Below the pieces are notes generated by a model. That model worked only from the letters and a program-made list of their open reading frames with translations, was not told the origin of the DNA and did not search any database. A program made the position numbers and the translations under genes. Positions 1-12,376 of a DNA stretch of 64,000 nucleotides are shown here, piece after piece; position 1 is the first letter of the stretch, and each line of letters opens with the position of its first letter. The stretch is taken from the NCBI GenBank assembly GCA_051362555.1, contig CM120648.1:18534587-18598586 (forward strand). The letters are read 5' to 3'. Source of the DNA: Lingula anatina. Its lineage: Eukaryota; Animalia; Brachiopoda.

Positions 1-50
1 GGCATGTGACGCGCCGAGGAAAGTGAAATGCAATAACAGGACACGTTATG
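1..50 (+). CDS. Chitin-binding (CBM14/peritrophin-A) multi-domain protein, partial exon cut by the window edge
   Basis: Frame from nt 2 reads ACDAPRKVKCNNRTRY (C5-C6 end of a CBM14 domain), then a phase-1 donor G|GTCAGG at 51. Joins in frame with the exon at 396. Confidence 0.7.
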
Positions 51-57
51 GTCAGGA

Positions 58-63
58 TTCTTC

Positions 64-141
<78 letters not shown>

Positions 142-212
142 GAAATAAAATAACAAAGAAATTATAACACGACGTCTCTTATTCTCTCTCTCTTCTTCCA
201 TCTCTCTCTCTC

Positions 213-247
<35 letters not shown>

Positions 248-345
248 AACACAGTGAAATGAAATAACAAAAGAAATTATAGCACGACGTCTCTAATTCT
301 CTCTCTCTTCTTCCACCTCTCTCTCTCACTCTCTTTCTCTTTCAC
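58..345. repeat. (CT)n/(CA)n microsatellites in a short duplicated intronic unit
   Basis: Dinucleotide runs with a duplicated acagtgaaat...cacgacgtctct block. Confidence 0.9.
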
Positions 346-395
346 ACATATGTAAAAACGATGACTTAACTAAGGCAGAAGGATTTGTTTTGCAG

Positions 396-662
396 CCACC
401 CCATTGTGTAAGAAACCCAGCGGGAACTTTGAAGAGCCAGCAGACTGCCACAAGTTCCTCTCCTGCTATTTATACCGCGTTGTCCGCCACAGACCGTGTC
501 CCGCTGGTCTCTACTACGACCAGGCATCAGACAGATGTGATTATCATTTTAACGTCAATTGTCATAAGCGGCCCGTGATCGATGTCGTCTTGATGCCAAG
601 GAACACCACCACGGAAGCAGCGCCATCTATGGTCATGTCAAACACCTCAGATGTCGCGGCAG
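396..662 (+). CDS. CBM14 protein exon: one chitin-binding type-2 domain plus T/S-rich linker
   Basis: Acceptor ttttgcag|, donor G|GTATTC. Reads TPLCKKPSGNFEEPADCHKFLSCYLYRVVRHRPCPAGLYYDQASDRCDYHFNVNC (6 Cys, CPxGLxY motif). Confidence 0.9.
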
Positions 663-968
663 GTATTCAGCATCATTGTGCAATTACTTCACATTTCATT
701 AATTTCTTGTTTCTGAAACCAATACCCAGAGGCATTGATTTTAAAGATGTATGGGATAAACGGTGGAGAGAATTGCACCATTAGAACGACATACTAACTT
801 TTTTGACATTCTTTCACTCAGATTAATTAAAAAGTCTGTTTAGTCTAGGTTATAATAACCACTTAATATGGAATATTATTTTTTGGCGAGTAAATTTACG
901 ACAAAATATTTAATTTCTCTCAAACTACTTTAAATCCAAAGCTGAGGTGTCACTCCATGTGTAGCCTG

Positions 969-1702
969 GCCCCCGTTTTACAAAAAAACTTAAGTCGGTT
1001 TCCCTGACTAAGAGCTTGGTTACCAACATAATTAAGTCGTTACGTCACTAAGTCCCGTTTCACAAAGAATCTAAAAGGTCGCTTACGTCGTTTTTTTCTT
1101 AGCTGCTCGTCGACGATGTCTAGCCTCCTCGGGAGGAGACTTAAGTCGGCAAGCTCAACTAAAACTCGGTAAATCAGAGCATAAACAACAAAAATTTTGG
1201 AAAGAACATACCTCCTTGAAGATATTGTGTTATAATATCCTTGAATAGCACTGACATTTATGGAATATTGAAATAAAAAATAAAATGCCACTTCACCCAG
1301 CCGATCGCGTGTTTGTTTATGTTTTTGACCGCTAGACGTCCGTCAGCAGTGTTCCACGACAAGCTAATGTTTAACTGTTACTTTGAAGTTGTATCGAAGT
1401 TAAACTAATCAATAAAGTTCAAAAACAAACTTTGTTTGTGTTTTGGCTGATTTTTATCTTTGATAAACGATCGTTCTCGGCCGAAAGAAGCCATGAAACG
1501 TCATGTCTCGTGAAACTTTTGAAACTTTACACCTCCTTTTCTTGAAGAGTTTCTATGCGCGTCGACTACGGTAAGCACGCCAAGCTAAGACGTTAGATTC
1601 TTTGTGAAACACTCCTAGTCGACTTCAGCGTAGTCGATCTAGCTAGGTCACCTAGCTCGAGCTAGTCGACTACGGATTTAAGATTTTTTGTGAAACGGGG
1701 GC
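969..1702. mobile_element. Non-autonomous PIF/Harbinger-type MITE
   Basis: TIRs GCCCCCGTTT(T/C)ACAAAAAA...TTTTTTGTGAAACGGGGGC, flanked by CTG and CAG (CWG-type target, the two copies not identical). No ORF. Confidence 0.75.
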
Positions 1703-1899
1703 CAGGTGTGTTACCTAATTACCACACAACTCTCGAAACAATTGATGCATGCAGTTGCATGTTCTGTGGTCAGAAAAGTGAGGGGTGGTCTTTTCGGCAA
1801 TTTCTGCCCTTTTATAAAAACGCATGGGTTTGGTCAATCTTTGGAGTGTGTTTAGAGAAGCAACAAAGGGATCGCTCTGAAACTTGACAGGTACCTTAG

Positions 1900-2895
1900 T
1901 GAAGATATGGTTCGACAGCTAAGCAACGCAGCTTACTATGGGATTCTTGCTCTCAGAGAAAATGGCCAGAAACGGACAGCCATTGCCAGATAATTCAACA
2001 TTTATCAGGAACCGTTTGTGAAGTCCTCCAAAGAAATGCTGCAACAGGGGCACCTACTCCAATACCTCGACCAGGGTGTCCGTGTATCACACCAAGAAGA
2101 CAGGATCGCCTTCTCCTTAGAGGACGCCGTGCTGGTCGTACAAAGACAACCAGTGTCCTCAGACAAGAGAGGCAGAATGTCATTCAAACGCCCGTTTCAA
2201 GGTCCCTCGTGAACAAGAGATTACTGCAAGCCGGTTATTTTGCACGAAGGCCAGTAGGGAAACCACTGTTAACAGCAGGTCATATACAGCGACGTCTGCA
2301 ATAGGCTGGGGACCACGTGCGTTTGCAGCAAAAACACTGGAATCACGTCGTTTTCAGTGATGAGGCAGATATGGATTTTTTTAGGGTTGATGGTCGAATC
2401 CGTGTCCACCGACGTGTACGAGGGTCATAAAACGATGATTGTGTACTGCCTAGGGTGCAAGCATGGGATGGTAACGCCTCTGTTTGGGGAGCATTTCTTG
2501 TCGGTGCCCAGAACCAGTTGGTTTTTCTAGGAGGCAACCTCATCCAGGATTCCTACAGAGACATTCTACAGCAAACAATGCTTCGATTGGTAGGAGTCAT
2601 CTTCATCTTTGTGTACCAAGACTACTGCGCAACCCCACATCGAGGCCGCAGAATCACTGTTTTTCTTCAAAACCAATGGGTTCAGCAACTGCCCTGGCCT
2701 GCAAACTCTCCAGATATGAATCCAATTGAAAATCTGTGGGCGGAAGTAACTCAAAGAATTAATAGCTATGGTCCTCGGTCGGTAAATAGTGATGAACTGC
2801 GACAGGCAAATATCACTGCGTGGATTGCACAGGGTATGCCATGTAGAATGAGGGCGCTGCAAGCGGCTGCTGGAGGTCATACCCGCAATTACTGA
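1900..2895 (+). mobile_element. Decayed Tc1-family transposase
   Basis: Fragments ARRPVGKPLLT, WNHVVFSDE, VWGAF, YQDYCATPHR, WPANSPDMNPIENLW, GGHTRNY* are Tc1 DD34E hallmarks. Internal stops and frameshifts. TIRs not confidently located. Confidence 0.9.
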
Positions 2896-3332
2896 CTTTT
2901 CATGATTTACTGTAGTGAGTTCTTTGATTGTGTAACATATCAATGTCCGGAGGCTATCATTTTCTTTAATATCTTATCTTAAAGTTTATACTGACATCAA
3001 ACTGTTGATATGGTTTTCTGGGGGAGTCCCTTTCTTCTGAATGGCATCTTATGTCAGTTTTGATATTATTGACCAAAATATCTCTCAGCAGAAGACTGGA
3101 TGTTATTATCACTCAGTGACATACTTTTTTAATGACTCAAGCCAAAAAAATAATAATCAGCACTCAAATTAATAACAATGATAAAAAATATTCCGTTTTA
3201 AGTAGCAACCCTGTACGTTGAGTTATGGTCTCCCCGCCTCCACATGCGCCGTTGCTGCAGGGGCCTAGCAATTAAACCTCGGGCCGAGATTAATTTCGTT
3301 TATGGTTTAATTCGTTTAATTCCATATTCCAG

Positions 3333-3542
3333 GCGTCCCTTCTTGTCTGGGTCCAGACGGCCTGTTCCCACACCCGCTTCACTGTAACCAGTACATCGCC
3401 TGTTATGGCGGCGTTCCCATGGAGACGTTCTTCTGCCCAGAGAACCAGAACTTCGACTTCAGGGACGGTCACTGTAAGAGGAGAGATAACGTCACCTGCG
3501 TCCAGCGTCCGTGGTTGATGCGGGAAGGTCCGGTACCTGTAG
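3333..3542 (+). CDS. CBM14 protein exon: one chitin-binding domain
   Basis: attccag| ... |gtaagg, 210 nt, phase 1-1. Reads VPSCLGPDGLFPHPLHCNQYIACYGGVPMETFFCPENQNFDFRDGHCKRRDNVTC. Not in the ORF track. Confidence 0.88.
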
Positions 3543-3557
3543 GTAAGGTCAAAACAT

Positions 3558-4264
3558 AGTCTCTGAAGACAGGGGCCGCAGTACTTAGTATCTGAACACA
3601 GGGGCCACCGTACTTAGTCTCTGAACACAGGGGCCGCAGTACTTAGTCTCTGAACACAGGGGCCGCAGTACTTAGTCTCTGAACACAGGGGCCGCAGTAC
3701 TTAGTATCTGAACACAGGGGCCGCAGTACTTAGTCTCTGAACACAGGGGCCGCAGTACTTAGTCTCTGAGCACAGGGGCCGCAGTACTTAGTCTCTGAAC
3801 ACAGGGGCCGCAGTACTTAGTCTCTGAACACAGGGGCCGCAGTACTTAGTATCTGAACACAGGGGCCGCAGTACTTAGTCTCTGAGCACAGGGGCCGCAG
3901 TACTTAGTCTCTGAACACAGGGGCCGCAGTACTTAGTCTCTGAGCACAGGGGCCGCAGTACTTAGTCTCTGAGCACAGGGGCCGCAGTACTTAGTCTCTG
4001 AACACAGGAGCCGCAGTACTTAGTCTCTGAACACAGGGGCCGCAGTACTTAGTCTCTGAACACAGGGGCCGCAGTACTTAGTCTCTGAACACAAGGGCTG
4101 CAGTACTTAGTCTCTGAACACAGGAGCCGCAGTACTTAGTCTCTGAACACAGGGGCCGCAGTACTTAGTCTCTGAACACAGGGGCTGCAGTACTTAGTCT
4201 CTGAACACAGGGGCCGCAGTACTTATAGTCTCTGAACACAGGGGCCGCAGTACTAAGTATCTGA
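3558..4264. repeat. 29-bp minisatellite, about 24 copies, intronic
   Basis: Unit AGTCTCTGAACACAGGGGCCGCAGTACTT repeated head to tail, starting just after the donor at 3543. Confidence 0.95.
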
Positions 4265-4390
4265 CGAAGGGGGGAATGAAGTATTTCTTAATGAGTGGGG
4301 ACAATGGTCCATCAATTCAGGCACGCACGTAAATTATATTACAATAAGAACCGAGTCAAACAATTCCCAAATTTTTTTACTTTTTTTCAG

Positions 4391-4564
4391 TGGGTAATGG
4401 CAGTTGCACGTTTTCTCAGGACGACACCAACTGTGGAGGCTTTGTCCTCCACTGCCTCAACTCCACAGTGAACTTCTCCTGTCCCGGGGAACTGAGGTAC
4501 GACGAGAACACCGCAGAATGCAAGATGGCCGCCGATGTTGACTGTAACGGCAGACCAGAATATA
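4391..4564 (+). CDS. CBM14 protein exon: one chitin-binding domain
   Basis: tttttttcag| ... |gtaggt, 174 nt, phase 1-1. Reads GNGSCTFSQDDTNCGGFVLHCLNSTVNFSCPGELRYDENTAECKMAADVDCNGRPEY. Confidence 0.85.
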
Positions 4565-5662
4565 GTAGGTCAAATCTATATTCAACCTGAGATATTTAGT
4601 TCAATGAACTGTCACTATGCGGTTGGTATGAAACCAGTTCTGGTGCAGTTTTACATACGTCATCGTTTAGACTCTATAAACAAGTACTATCTGACCACAG
4701 GGGGCGCTGACAGTCTGTCACAGAAATATTGAAAGCGACACAGTGTAAATCATCTCATAGAAATTATAGCTTTTGTATAGTATTCTTGTGGGGCCCTGAT
4801 TTCAGAGGGTAAGAAACAGGCCACATCCGGTCAGGGTTAGAACACTTCTTGCTAATCAAATTGCATATCGAGATCATGCATGCCCCCGGTAAATGTCCAT
4901 GTACATACCCAGGTTTGGGGGGGGGGGGGTGGGCAAAGGGAACGTAATGAAGATTGACGACAGTAATTTATAATTAAGATTATAGTATTGGGTTTTTGTA
5001 AATGTATACTGGACTTATTGTTGCCTTGGTTTTCATGTACTGTACACACGGTTACAGAGGCAAACACGACGGGGGTTAGTGGTGGTGGTGGTGGTGGTGG
5101 TGGTGGTGGTGGTGGGTGTACTACATGTGGGGAGGTGGGGGTGGGGGGCATTATCAAATGTGGAGAAAAGACTGTTGACACCTGAATAAGTAATGAAATA
5201 TGTATCATAATTGAACCGTATTATCCAAACAATTTTTTTGAATGGGAAGAGGTCAGAAATTGTAAATATCCCACATTGTTCCTTGAATATTACTTATCAC
5301 TCGTAATTGAAAAAAATGAAACTGAAAAAAAATTAAAACGGGTGTTAGAGTAGTCGAAAGTTTAAATGCCTTCAAAACATACATGTAAGAAGCGATAGAT
5401 TAATTCTTATCGAAAAAAAGTTGAAATTGTCACTGATGACAACAGAAGGGAGATAGTTTCCAGTTCTCAAATGCAAGCTCTTGGTTTATGTTACCTTTTT
5501 CATCGCACGTTAAACGCTTATGCTTTGAATAAACACGGGTATGTAAACCTTAAATGTAAGTATTGCTGTTGGAGCAACATAGCACCATTACAGCTGAGAA
5601 GGCATATTGCTACAGGTGAGATGACACAACACATTCATCACCACCTCTTTTCCTACTTTCAG

Positions 5663-5880
5663 AGGCCATTTGCAATCGTCACAATGGAAACTTTGAGGAA
5701 CCCACCAACTGCGGGGAATTCGTCTCTTGCGCGTACAACCGGGTCTTCCGCCACCGTCGATGCCCCGCCAGCCTTAATTTCAATCTGGAACTCAACAGTT
5801 GTGATTGGCCATTTAGAGTCACGTGCGGGGACCGTCCCACAAAAGAACCAAAAGGTGCACTTGTCAAAGACAAAGATTAA
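5663..5880 (+). CDS. CBM14 protein, probable terminal exon
   Basis: ctactttcag| then AICNRHNGNFEEPTNCGEFVSCAYNRVFRHRRCPASLNFNLELNSCDWPFRVTCGDRPTKEPKGALVKDKD* (TAA at 5878-5880). AATAAA near 6205. Confidence 0.85.
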
Positions 5881-8644
5881 TTCCTTCGCAATTTTGAAGG
5901 TCAACCAGTTCGAACGCGCCACGTTGATTATTTAATAATTCTATGACATCGGGTTCTCATTGCCTCTTGTGTTATGATATAAGAATGTAACTTGTTCTCA
6001 AGAATTTAAATTTGATTTCTAGCTACGAGACGCAACTTTTCGACCCTTCCTTGGATGACTTTCCTCCCTCATAACGCCAATACCTTTGAGGAATGGTTGA
6101 AAACTATGCCGTAAAATCAAAAACACCTTTATTCTCCCTAGTTACCTTTTGTTTTCATCATATGTGACTGTTTAAGTTCAACATAATTTACTGATCAAAA
6201 GAAAAATAAAGTATAAACATGTTTATATGCATACATTTGATCCCATGGTGCAAAGTGCTTGATAAGCTCAGAAGTAATTGATACATTCAAGTTGTTCAAG
6301 GAGCGGTTACTGTCTGTAAGCAGGGTCGGCAACCCAATTTTTTTTGACACGAATAATTTGAGTAGGCATGGCGCCTGAAGCTTTTGATCGGTTATTTTCT
6401 TTAAAAACGAATTTACAGCATTATAATTACACAACAGGTCGGTAGATCAAATAAAAATGCCATTATGTTGGTGTGACTGAATCACAATATTTAAACAGGA
6501 TTATAACTAAATGGCCAGTGCATATTAACAGTACAGAGAACGGCACTAGAATCATACTTGAGCGACAAATACATGTGATATTAGAAATATTGGACTTACG
6601 TGTTACCTTCTGAAATTACATGTATATACCATCCGTTTTAGATTCGTTTTAAATTCATCCTCAGAGAGACCCCTGCCTCAGAAAACACAGAACATTTTCA
6701 TCGTGATTTTATTGTTGTGGAAGGAAAAACCAGTCAACAGGCCTCCAGCATACTTTAAATGCTTGGAAGTATACTGTGGCAATTAATCATCTGCAAATTA
6801 ACAAAAGACAAAAGTTGATATTTTCAATAGCAAAGACAACATTTTGATCACACTGTTGGAAATAAAGACTTTTTATTGCCATAACCAGTTGGTATGGATA
6901 GCAACGAGCTACCTATACACAGGCGTTCTCTTCATAAGGCTGGATACGCTAGCCCTTGCACAGCAAATTTTACAACTACTATTCATTTTAGTATCAGAAG
7001 ACCTTAAGTGAACGGATTATATAATGTTGCAATGTTATATGGTCCAAACATAAGACTTTTGATTCTTACATGTACATGTACCCTAATGCATGAGTGAACC
7101 GTGATAACGCTGAAACACTCGGTGGAAGCTGCCAAAAGTGATTCTTGGAATCTATGCGATTTCTAAATGGAGATTTAGTCAGAAATTATTATCAGCAATC
7201 CCGAGCGACCCCTTGCGGTGGACAGCGAGTGAAGAAGACAAGGAATGGGTAGGGGTGTCTAATGCACCTTTTTCTAGAACTCCTCCGGGTGAGCAAGGAC
7301 CGATGCAGATAAAAGTGCGTTTCGTGAAACACTCGTGAAACAGCAATTTTCTGTCTGTATAAAACATCCTTACAGGAAAATAATGAGTCACATGTTGATT
7401 ATTATTTCTGGATTGGCACAAACTGCACACGTTTTGCATATGAATGCGGAAAGAGGGTAGTGCTGACTGTTTTATACGGAAAAGATTGCTACGTGTATCA
7501 ACCCATGACCTTGAAGCTCTTTATTCTGGGATGGAAGGAGTTATTTGTTTCGCAAAGCGTACAAAGGCCATGTATATACATTGAAAATCAAGTAGATAAG
7601 ATCCGCGGAATAGGAGTCCATATTTACGCACCATGATGATGTTCTTCTTTCAGCGGAAACTGATAATGATCCTGCACTCCTAGAAGGACGTGTACTAGAC
7701 GATCTCTGAGAGACGAAAATAAAGCAATTCTACAGTATTATTTAAATGCCTTTCATAAACTACAATTTATACGGACTACAATAATTTGTTTTGAAAAACT
7801 ACGCTGAATACAATCCTTGCTTAAGGTCATAATGGAGGTCTCCTAAACTTATGGAATCTTATGATCTTATGTCATTAAGTGCCATAACTATTCTACAGTA
7901 TATCATATTACTCCTAAAAGATGCCCGTCTTTCAGAATACTTTTTAATTCCCTTTTAAGGATTTACATAAATGTAATATTTCACAACCATATATAGTACG
8001 TTTATTAGCCTCTTAACACTGTTCCTAACGAAATGTCTAGCTCTGCCTTAATTTAAAAAAAAGGAAGACGGCTCTGTCCCTTAAGGCACCACCGCAGTAC
8101 TTTGCATTCAAATAAAAGGTGTGCACTTGATTGTACCCTACCATGACATACATGTAAGTTATACATTTCAGGTTCAAGGTTGATATATGATTAACCTATA
8201 TAAAAAATCACCAAAACATGTTTATCACTCAGAAAACGCTGTGTCATATATTAAATTTAAAAATATTTTTTTGTGCTGGGTTCGCAATTACCACACGTGT
8301 TAACACATGCACGTTTCCGAATTGTCTGGTAACACGCCGTGCTCAGTTCTGAATTGATTACCAGAGCGTGTCAAAGGATATTCTTTTAACTCGTATTGTA
8401 CCAGGAAGTGAACTGAGACTTCTGTCTTCTCAGGACTGTTGATATTTGACACACATATGGCCCGTGCAGTTATCCAAATAAAATATATTTTCCTTGAAAT
8501 ACAAAATGTTAATGTGTCTTTCCTAAACTAAACGGTATTATATACATTTTGTTTAAACATGGTGGATCGAACTGACTACAACTGGTTTAATTCCGAGCTA
8601 ACAGATACATTCTGAAGAAAGTAAAAGCACCCACACTAGGATAT

Positions 8645-8877
8645 CTACAAGACTAAAAAGCTTTTTAGCATCATTTTATCAGCAAAATTTGGAAACAGTA
8701 ACCTGAAAGATATGAATATTTTGGATGGTATATCTGTGCTAGTGTATACTTCATATTGCCTAGTAACAGTTGCCTTGGTGATCTCCAGGGCAACAAGTTC
8801 TGGTTCTACTGGCTGTATGGTGTTGTGCCAGTCACTGCCAAACATGCCTACGAATGATTTCACCGCTCTCTCCGTCC
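8645..8877 (-). CDS. HSD11B1L: HSD11B1-like SDR, exon 6 (terminal)
   Basis: RTERAVKSF...PVEPELVALEITKATVTRQYEVY...KSFLVL*. The six exons sum to 909 nt (302 aa plus stop) with consistent phases. Confidence 0.87.
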
Positions 8878-9168
8878 CTGAAAAGATAAGGTTCAGTAAA
8901 TAAAACGCATCTAGAAAGACCAAAGAAAACATTTGTTTTTGATTCTTGTTTATCATTTTGAAAGAGAGAAAAAGTAAAGAATTAAGGTTTGATTTTGGAA
9001 CCATCGGAAATGCCATTAAAACGTCAAGTTGAAGTTATACAAATATTTTTTCCACATTCACATGATTAACATAATGTGCAAAAATCAAAGACACTATGTA
9101 CATGCCAAATACAAATAACAATAATAAACACAATATCACACTTGACTATAAACGATGGCATAGCTATA

Positions 9169-9376
9169 CCTGTACTCACGTGTAGCGCCTACCATACACA
9201 AGGTAACAGACACCCCAGAGTTATAGAGAGCCAGTTCCTGTACTTACGTGTAGCGCCTACCATACATAAGGTGACAGACACCCGAGAGTTATAGAGAGCC
9301 AGTTCCTGTACTTACGTGTAGCTCCTACCATACACAAGGTGACAGACACCCCAGAGTTATAGAGAGCCAGTTCCTG
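9169..9376. repeat. 68-bp tandem repeat (3 copies) made of the exon 5 3' end plus donor
   Basis: Units start at 9169, 9237 and 9305. Confidence 0.9.
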
Positions 9377-9453
9377 CCTGAGGACGCCAAAGAACCCCTG
9401 GAGAGCGTACTTAGTGGCGGTGTACACGGCTGTATATGGAGTGGCAGTAACTC
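9316..9453 (-). CDS. HSD11B1L: HSD11B1-like SDR, exon 5 (catalytic YxxxK)
   Basis: GVTATPYTAVYTATKYALQGFFGVLRQELALYNSGVSVTLCMVGAT, ttatttcag|...|gtaagt. Confidence 0.92.
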
Positions 9454-10040
9454 CTGAAATAACAGCGTGGTCTGAATTAGTACAGATACTGTAGTGACAT
9501 CTTCAGTCATTAGTACTTGGTGGCGGTGTACACGGCTGTATATGGAGTGGCAGTAACTCCTGAAATAACAGCGTGGTCTGAATTAGTACAGATACTGTAG
9601 TGACATCTTCAGTCATTAGTACTAAGTGGCGGTGTAAACGGCTGTATATGGTGTGGCGGTTACTCCTGAAATAACAGCGTGGTCTGAATTAGTACAGATA
9701 CTGTAGTGACATCTTCAGTCATTAGTACTAAGTGGCGGTGTAAACGGCTGTATATGGTGTGGCGGTTACTCCTGAAATAACAGCGTGGTCTGAATTAGTA
9801 CAGATACTGTAGTGACATCTTCAGTCATTAGTACTAAGTGGCGGTGTAAACGGCTGTATATGGTGTGGCGGTTACTCCTGAAATAACAGCGTGGTCTGAA
9901 TTAGTACAGATACTGTAGTGACATCTTCAGTCATTAGTACTAAGTGGCGGTGTAAACGGCTGTATATGGTGTGGCGGTTACTCCTGAAATAACAGCGTGG
10001 TCTGAATTAGTACAGATACTGAAGTGACATCTTCAGTCAT
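9407..10040. repeat. 106-bp tandem repeat (6 copies) made of the exon 5 acceptor plus exon 5' end
   Basis: Units start at 9407, 9513, 9619, 9725, 9831 and 9937. Confidence 0.95.
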
Positions 10041-10582
10041 CCAAAGGAAATAGTTCAATTCTTATTATGTTCATTGCTATGACATACGCCCACTGGACTA
10101 TAGGTACCATAAAACTAAAACAACTATAGTCGTGCTATTTTCAAATATATTATTTTATAAATATATTTATATAATTATAAATTTATATATATTATATTAG
10201 TTCATAACGAGATTGACAGAATTGCAGGAAAATAAAACGATGGAGTTTGTACATGTGTGACAGGAATGGAAGACCGGGCTTCCATATTATTAGTACAGGT
10301 TAGGGTTAGTGGTGTGACAGGAATGGTAGTCCTAGGAATGGAAGTCCAGGGTCCCATATGGTTAGTACAGGTTAGGGTTAGTCGGAGTTTTGGGGTTAGT
10401 TTATTGGACTGTACAAAGTTGTGGAGAATGGACTACAGTTCCTGTCAAACTGACCACTTCTGTCGCGTCTTCAATACAACAGCAACACATTCAACATTTT
10501 ATGGAATTGAACTTTTTTTTAATTCTCTTGTTATTTGAAACTTTTTTGTTTGAAGTGATCGACAAGCAGACGACATACCCAC

Positions 10583-10796
10583 CCGCAGTAGAGGAGACCA
10601 CAGAAATGTGACCATGACTATTGGTTAACAGAGGTAGTGCATGGGACGCCAGGTGAACATATGACCGGAAGTTAACGTCCATACTGGTGGTCAGTCTCGT
10701 GAAGTTGTCCCCTGTCCCCAGCCACGGCTGGACGTTAGGGAGTATGGCGTGATTCAAAATCAGTATGTCCAGCCCTCCGAGTTTGTTTTCCGTAAA
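10583..10796 (-). CDS. HSD11B1L: HSD11B1-like SDR, exon 4
   Basis: FTENKLGGLDILILNHAI...MDVNFRSYVHLASHALPLLTNSHGHISVVSSTA. LGGLDxLILNH is a HSD11B1 signature. Confidence 0.93.
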
Positions 10797-11198
10797 CTTG
10801 GATTATAAAAAAAAAAAAACAATGATGTTTTTTTTTTTTTTTTTAATTTAACCAATCGTTTGTTGCAATTCTAGAGACATTTTGCAGTTGTACACACTTT
10901 AATTCTCACTGTTAATTGACACTGTCCTCACTGTCCGTGCTTTCGTCAAGGTCACAAAATTCTTCACGCCTGTTTCCATGAATATTATATTATATTTATT
11001 AGAAAAAGAATAAGACTGGTTTCTAATTCCACTTTATTCAGACACCGTCCCGTACATTTGACAATACTGTAATTCACAACGTTCACATTGTTCAGGACCC
11101 ATATAACCCCTCTACCAATGATGACTGCCGAAATTGATAATGCCAGGAATTTAGCTGTGTTCCCGATCTAACGTCCTTCTGTGGAAAATCATTGATGT

Positions 11199-11339
11199 GT
11201 GTGTACTGTGTACCTTGATAACCCTACTGTAGCTGTCTCCTCCATGTCTCCCAGGTCAATGTGTGTGTGTGTGCGTGTGTGTGTGTGTGTGTGTACTGTG
11301 TACCTTGATAACTCTAGCTGTCTCCTCTATGTCTCCCAG

Positions 11340-11380
<41 letters not shown>

Positions 11381-11492
11381 GTGTACCTTGATAACTCTAG
11401 CTGTCTCCTCTATGTCTCCCAGGTCAATGTGTGTATGTGTGTGTGTGTGTGTATACCTTGATAACCCTAGCTGTCTCCTCCATGTCTCCCAG

Positions 11493-11529
<37 letters not shown>

Positions 11530-11664
11530 TGTGTGTATGCTGTGTACCTTGATAACTCTAGCTGTCTCCTCTATGTCTTCCAGGTAAATGTGTGTGTGTG
11601 TGTGTGTGAGAGAGTGTGTACTGTGTACCTTGATAACTCTAGCTGTCTCCTCCTTTTCTCCCAG

Positions 11665-11701
<37 letters not shown>

Positions 11702-11810
11702 CTGTGTACCTTGATAACTCAAGCTGTCTCATCTATGTTTTCCAGGTAAATGTGTGTGTGTGTGTACTGTGTACCTTGATAACTCTAGCTGTCTCCTCCT
11801 TGTCTCCCAG

Positions 11811-11853
<43 letters not shown>

Positions 11854-11900
11854 GTGTACCTTGATAACTCAAGCTGTCTCATCTATGTCTTCCAGGTCAA

Positions 11901-11931
<31 letters not shown>

Positions 11932-11979
11932 ATACTGTGTACCTTGATAACTCTAGCTGTCTCCTCCATGTCTCCCAGC

Positions 11980-12020
<41 letters not shown>

Positions 12021-12145
12021 ACTGTGTACCTTGATAACCCTAGCTGTCTCATCCATGTCTCCCAGGTCAATGTCTGTGTGTGAGTGTGTGTGTGTGTGTG
12101 TGTGTACTGTGTACCTTGATAACCCTAGCTGTCTCTTCCATGTCT
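11199..12145. repeat. Compound minisatellite: exon 3 3' end plus donor plus variable (TG)n, about 12 units
   Basis: Repeated ACTGTGTACCTTGATAACTCTAGCTGTCTCCTCCATGTCTCCCAGGTCAA separated by (TG)n. Confidence 0.95.
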
Positions 12146-12216
12146 CTCAGATCAGCGACTGTGTACACATGGTTTGGCTCAGGTGCCGGAGATAACTTTT
12201 TACACTCTGCGATGAC
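12115..12216 (-). CDS. HSD11B1L: HSD11B1-like SDR, exon 3
   Basis: VIAECKKLSPAPEPNHVYTVADLRDMEETARVIK, tcag|...|gtacac, phase 0-0. Confidence 0.85.
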
Positions 12217-12376
12217 CTGAAACCGTTATTATGGAAAGATGTAAATGACACCCAACTGATTATTCAAATAACAACCCCAATCTGTAAGTTATAGAGCAGC
12301 TTGTGTAAAGAGAAATAAAATGTTAATAAAGCACATTGCCTTAGATACGAAATGAGAAGTTATACCGGCAACTGAC

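Noticed and set aside
3558-4264. 29-bp repeats resembling a CRISPR array in unit length
   Set aside because: Head-to-tail units with no unique spacers, no cas genes, and a eukaryotic intron context.
4852-5208. Poly-Pro and poly-Gly ORFs
   Set aside because: Produced by an intronic (GGT)n microsatellite.
6880-7700. Possible decayed RTE-type LINE fragment
   Set aside because: Only vague motif echoes (LRWTAS, HDDVLLSAE), too degraded to support.
11199-12195. 117-aa and 254-aa Cys/Val-rich ORFs
   Set aside because: Translations of (TG)n and the antisense of the exon 3 echo repeats.
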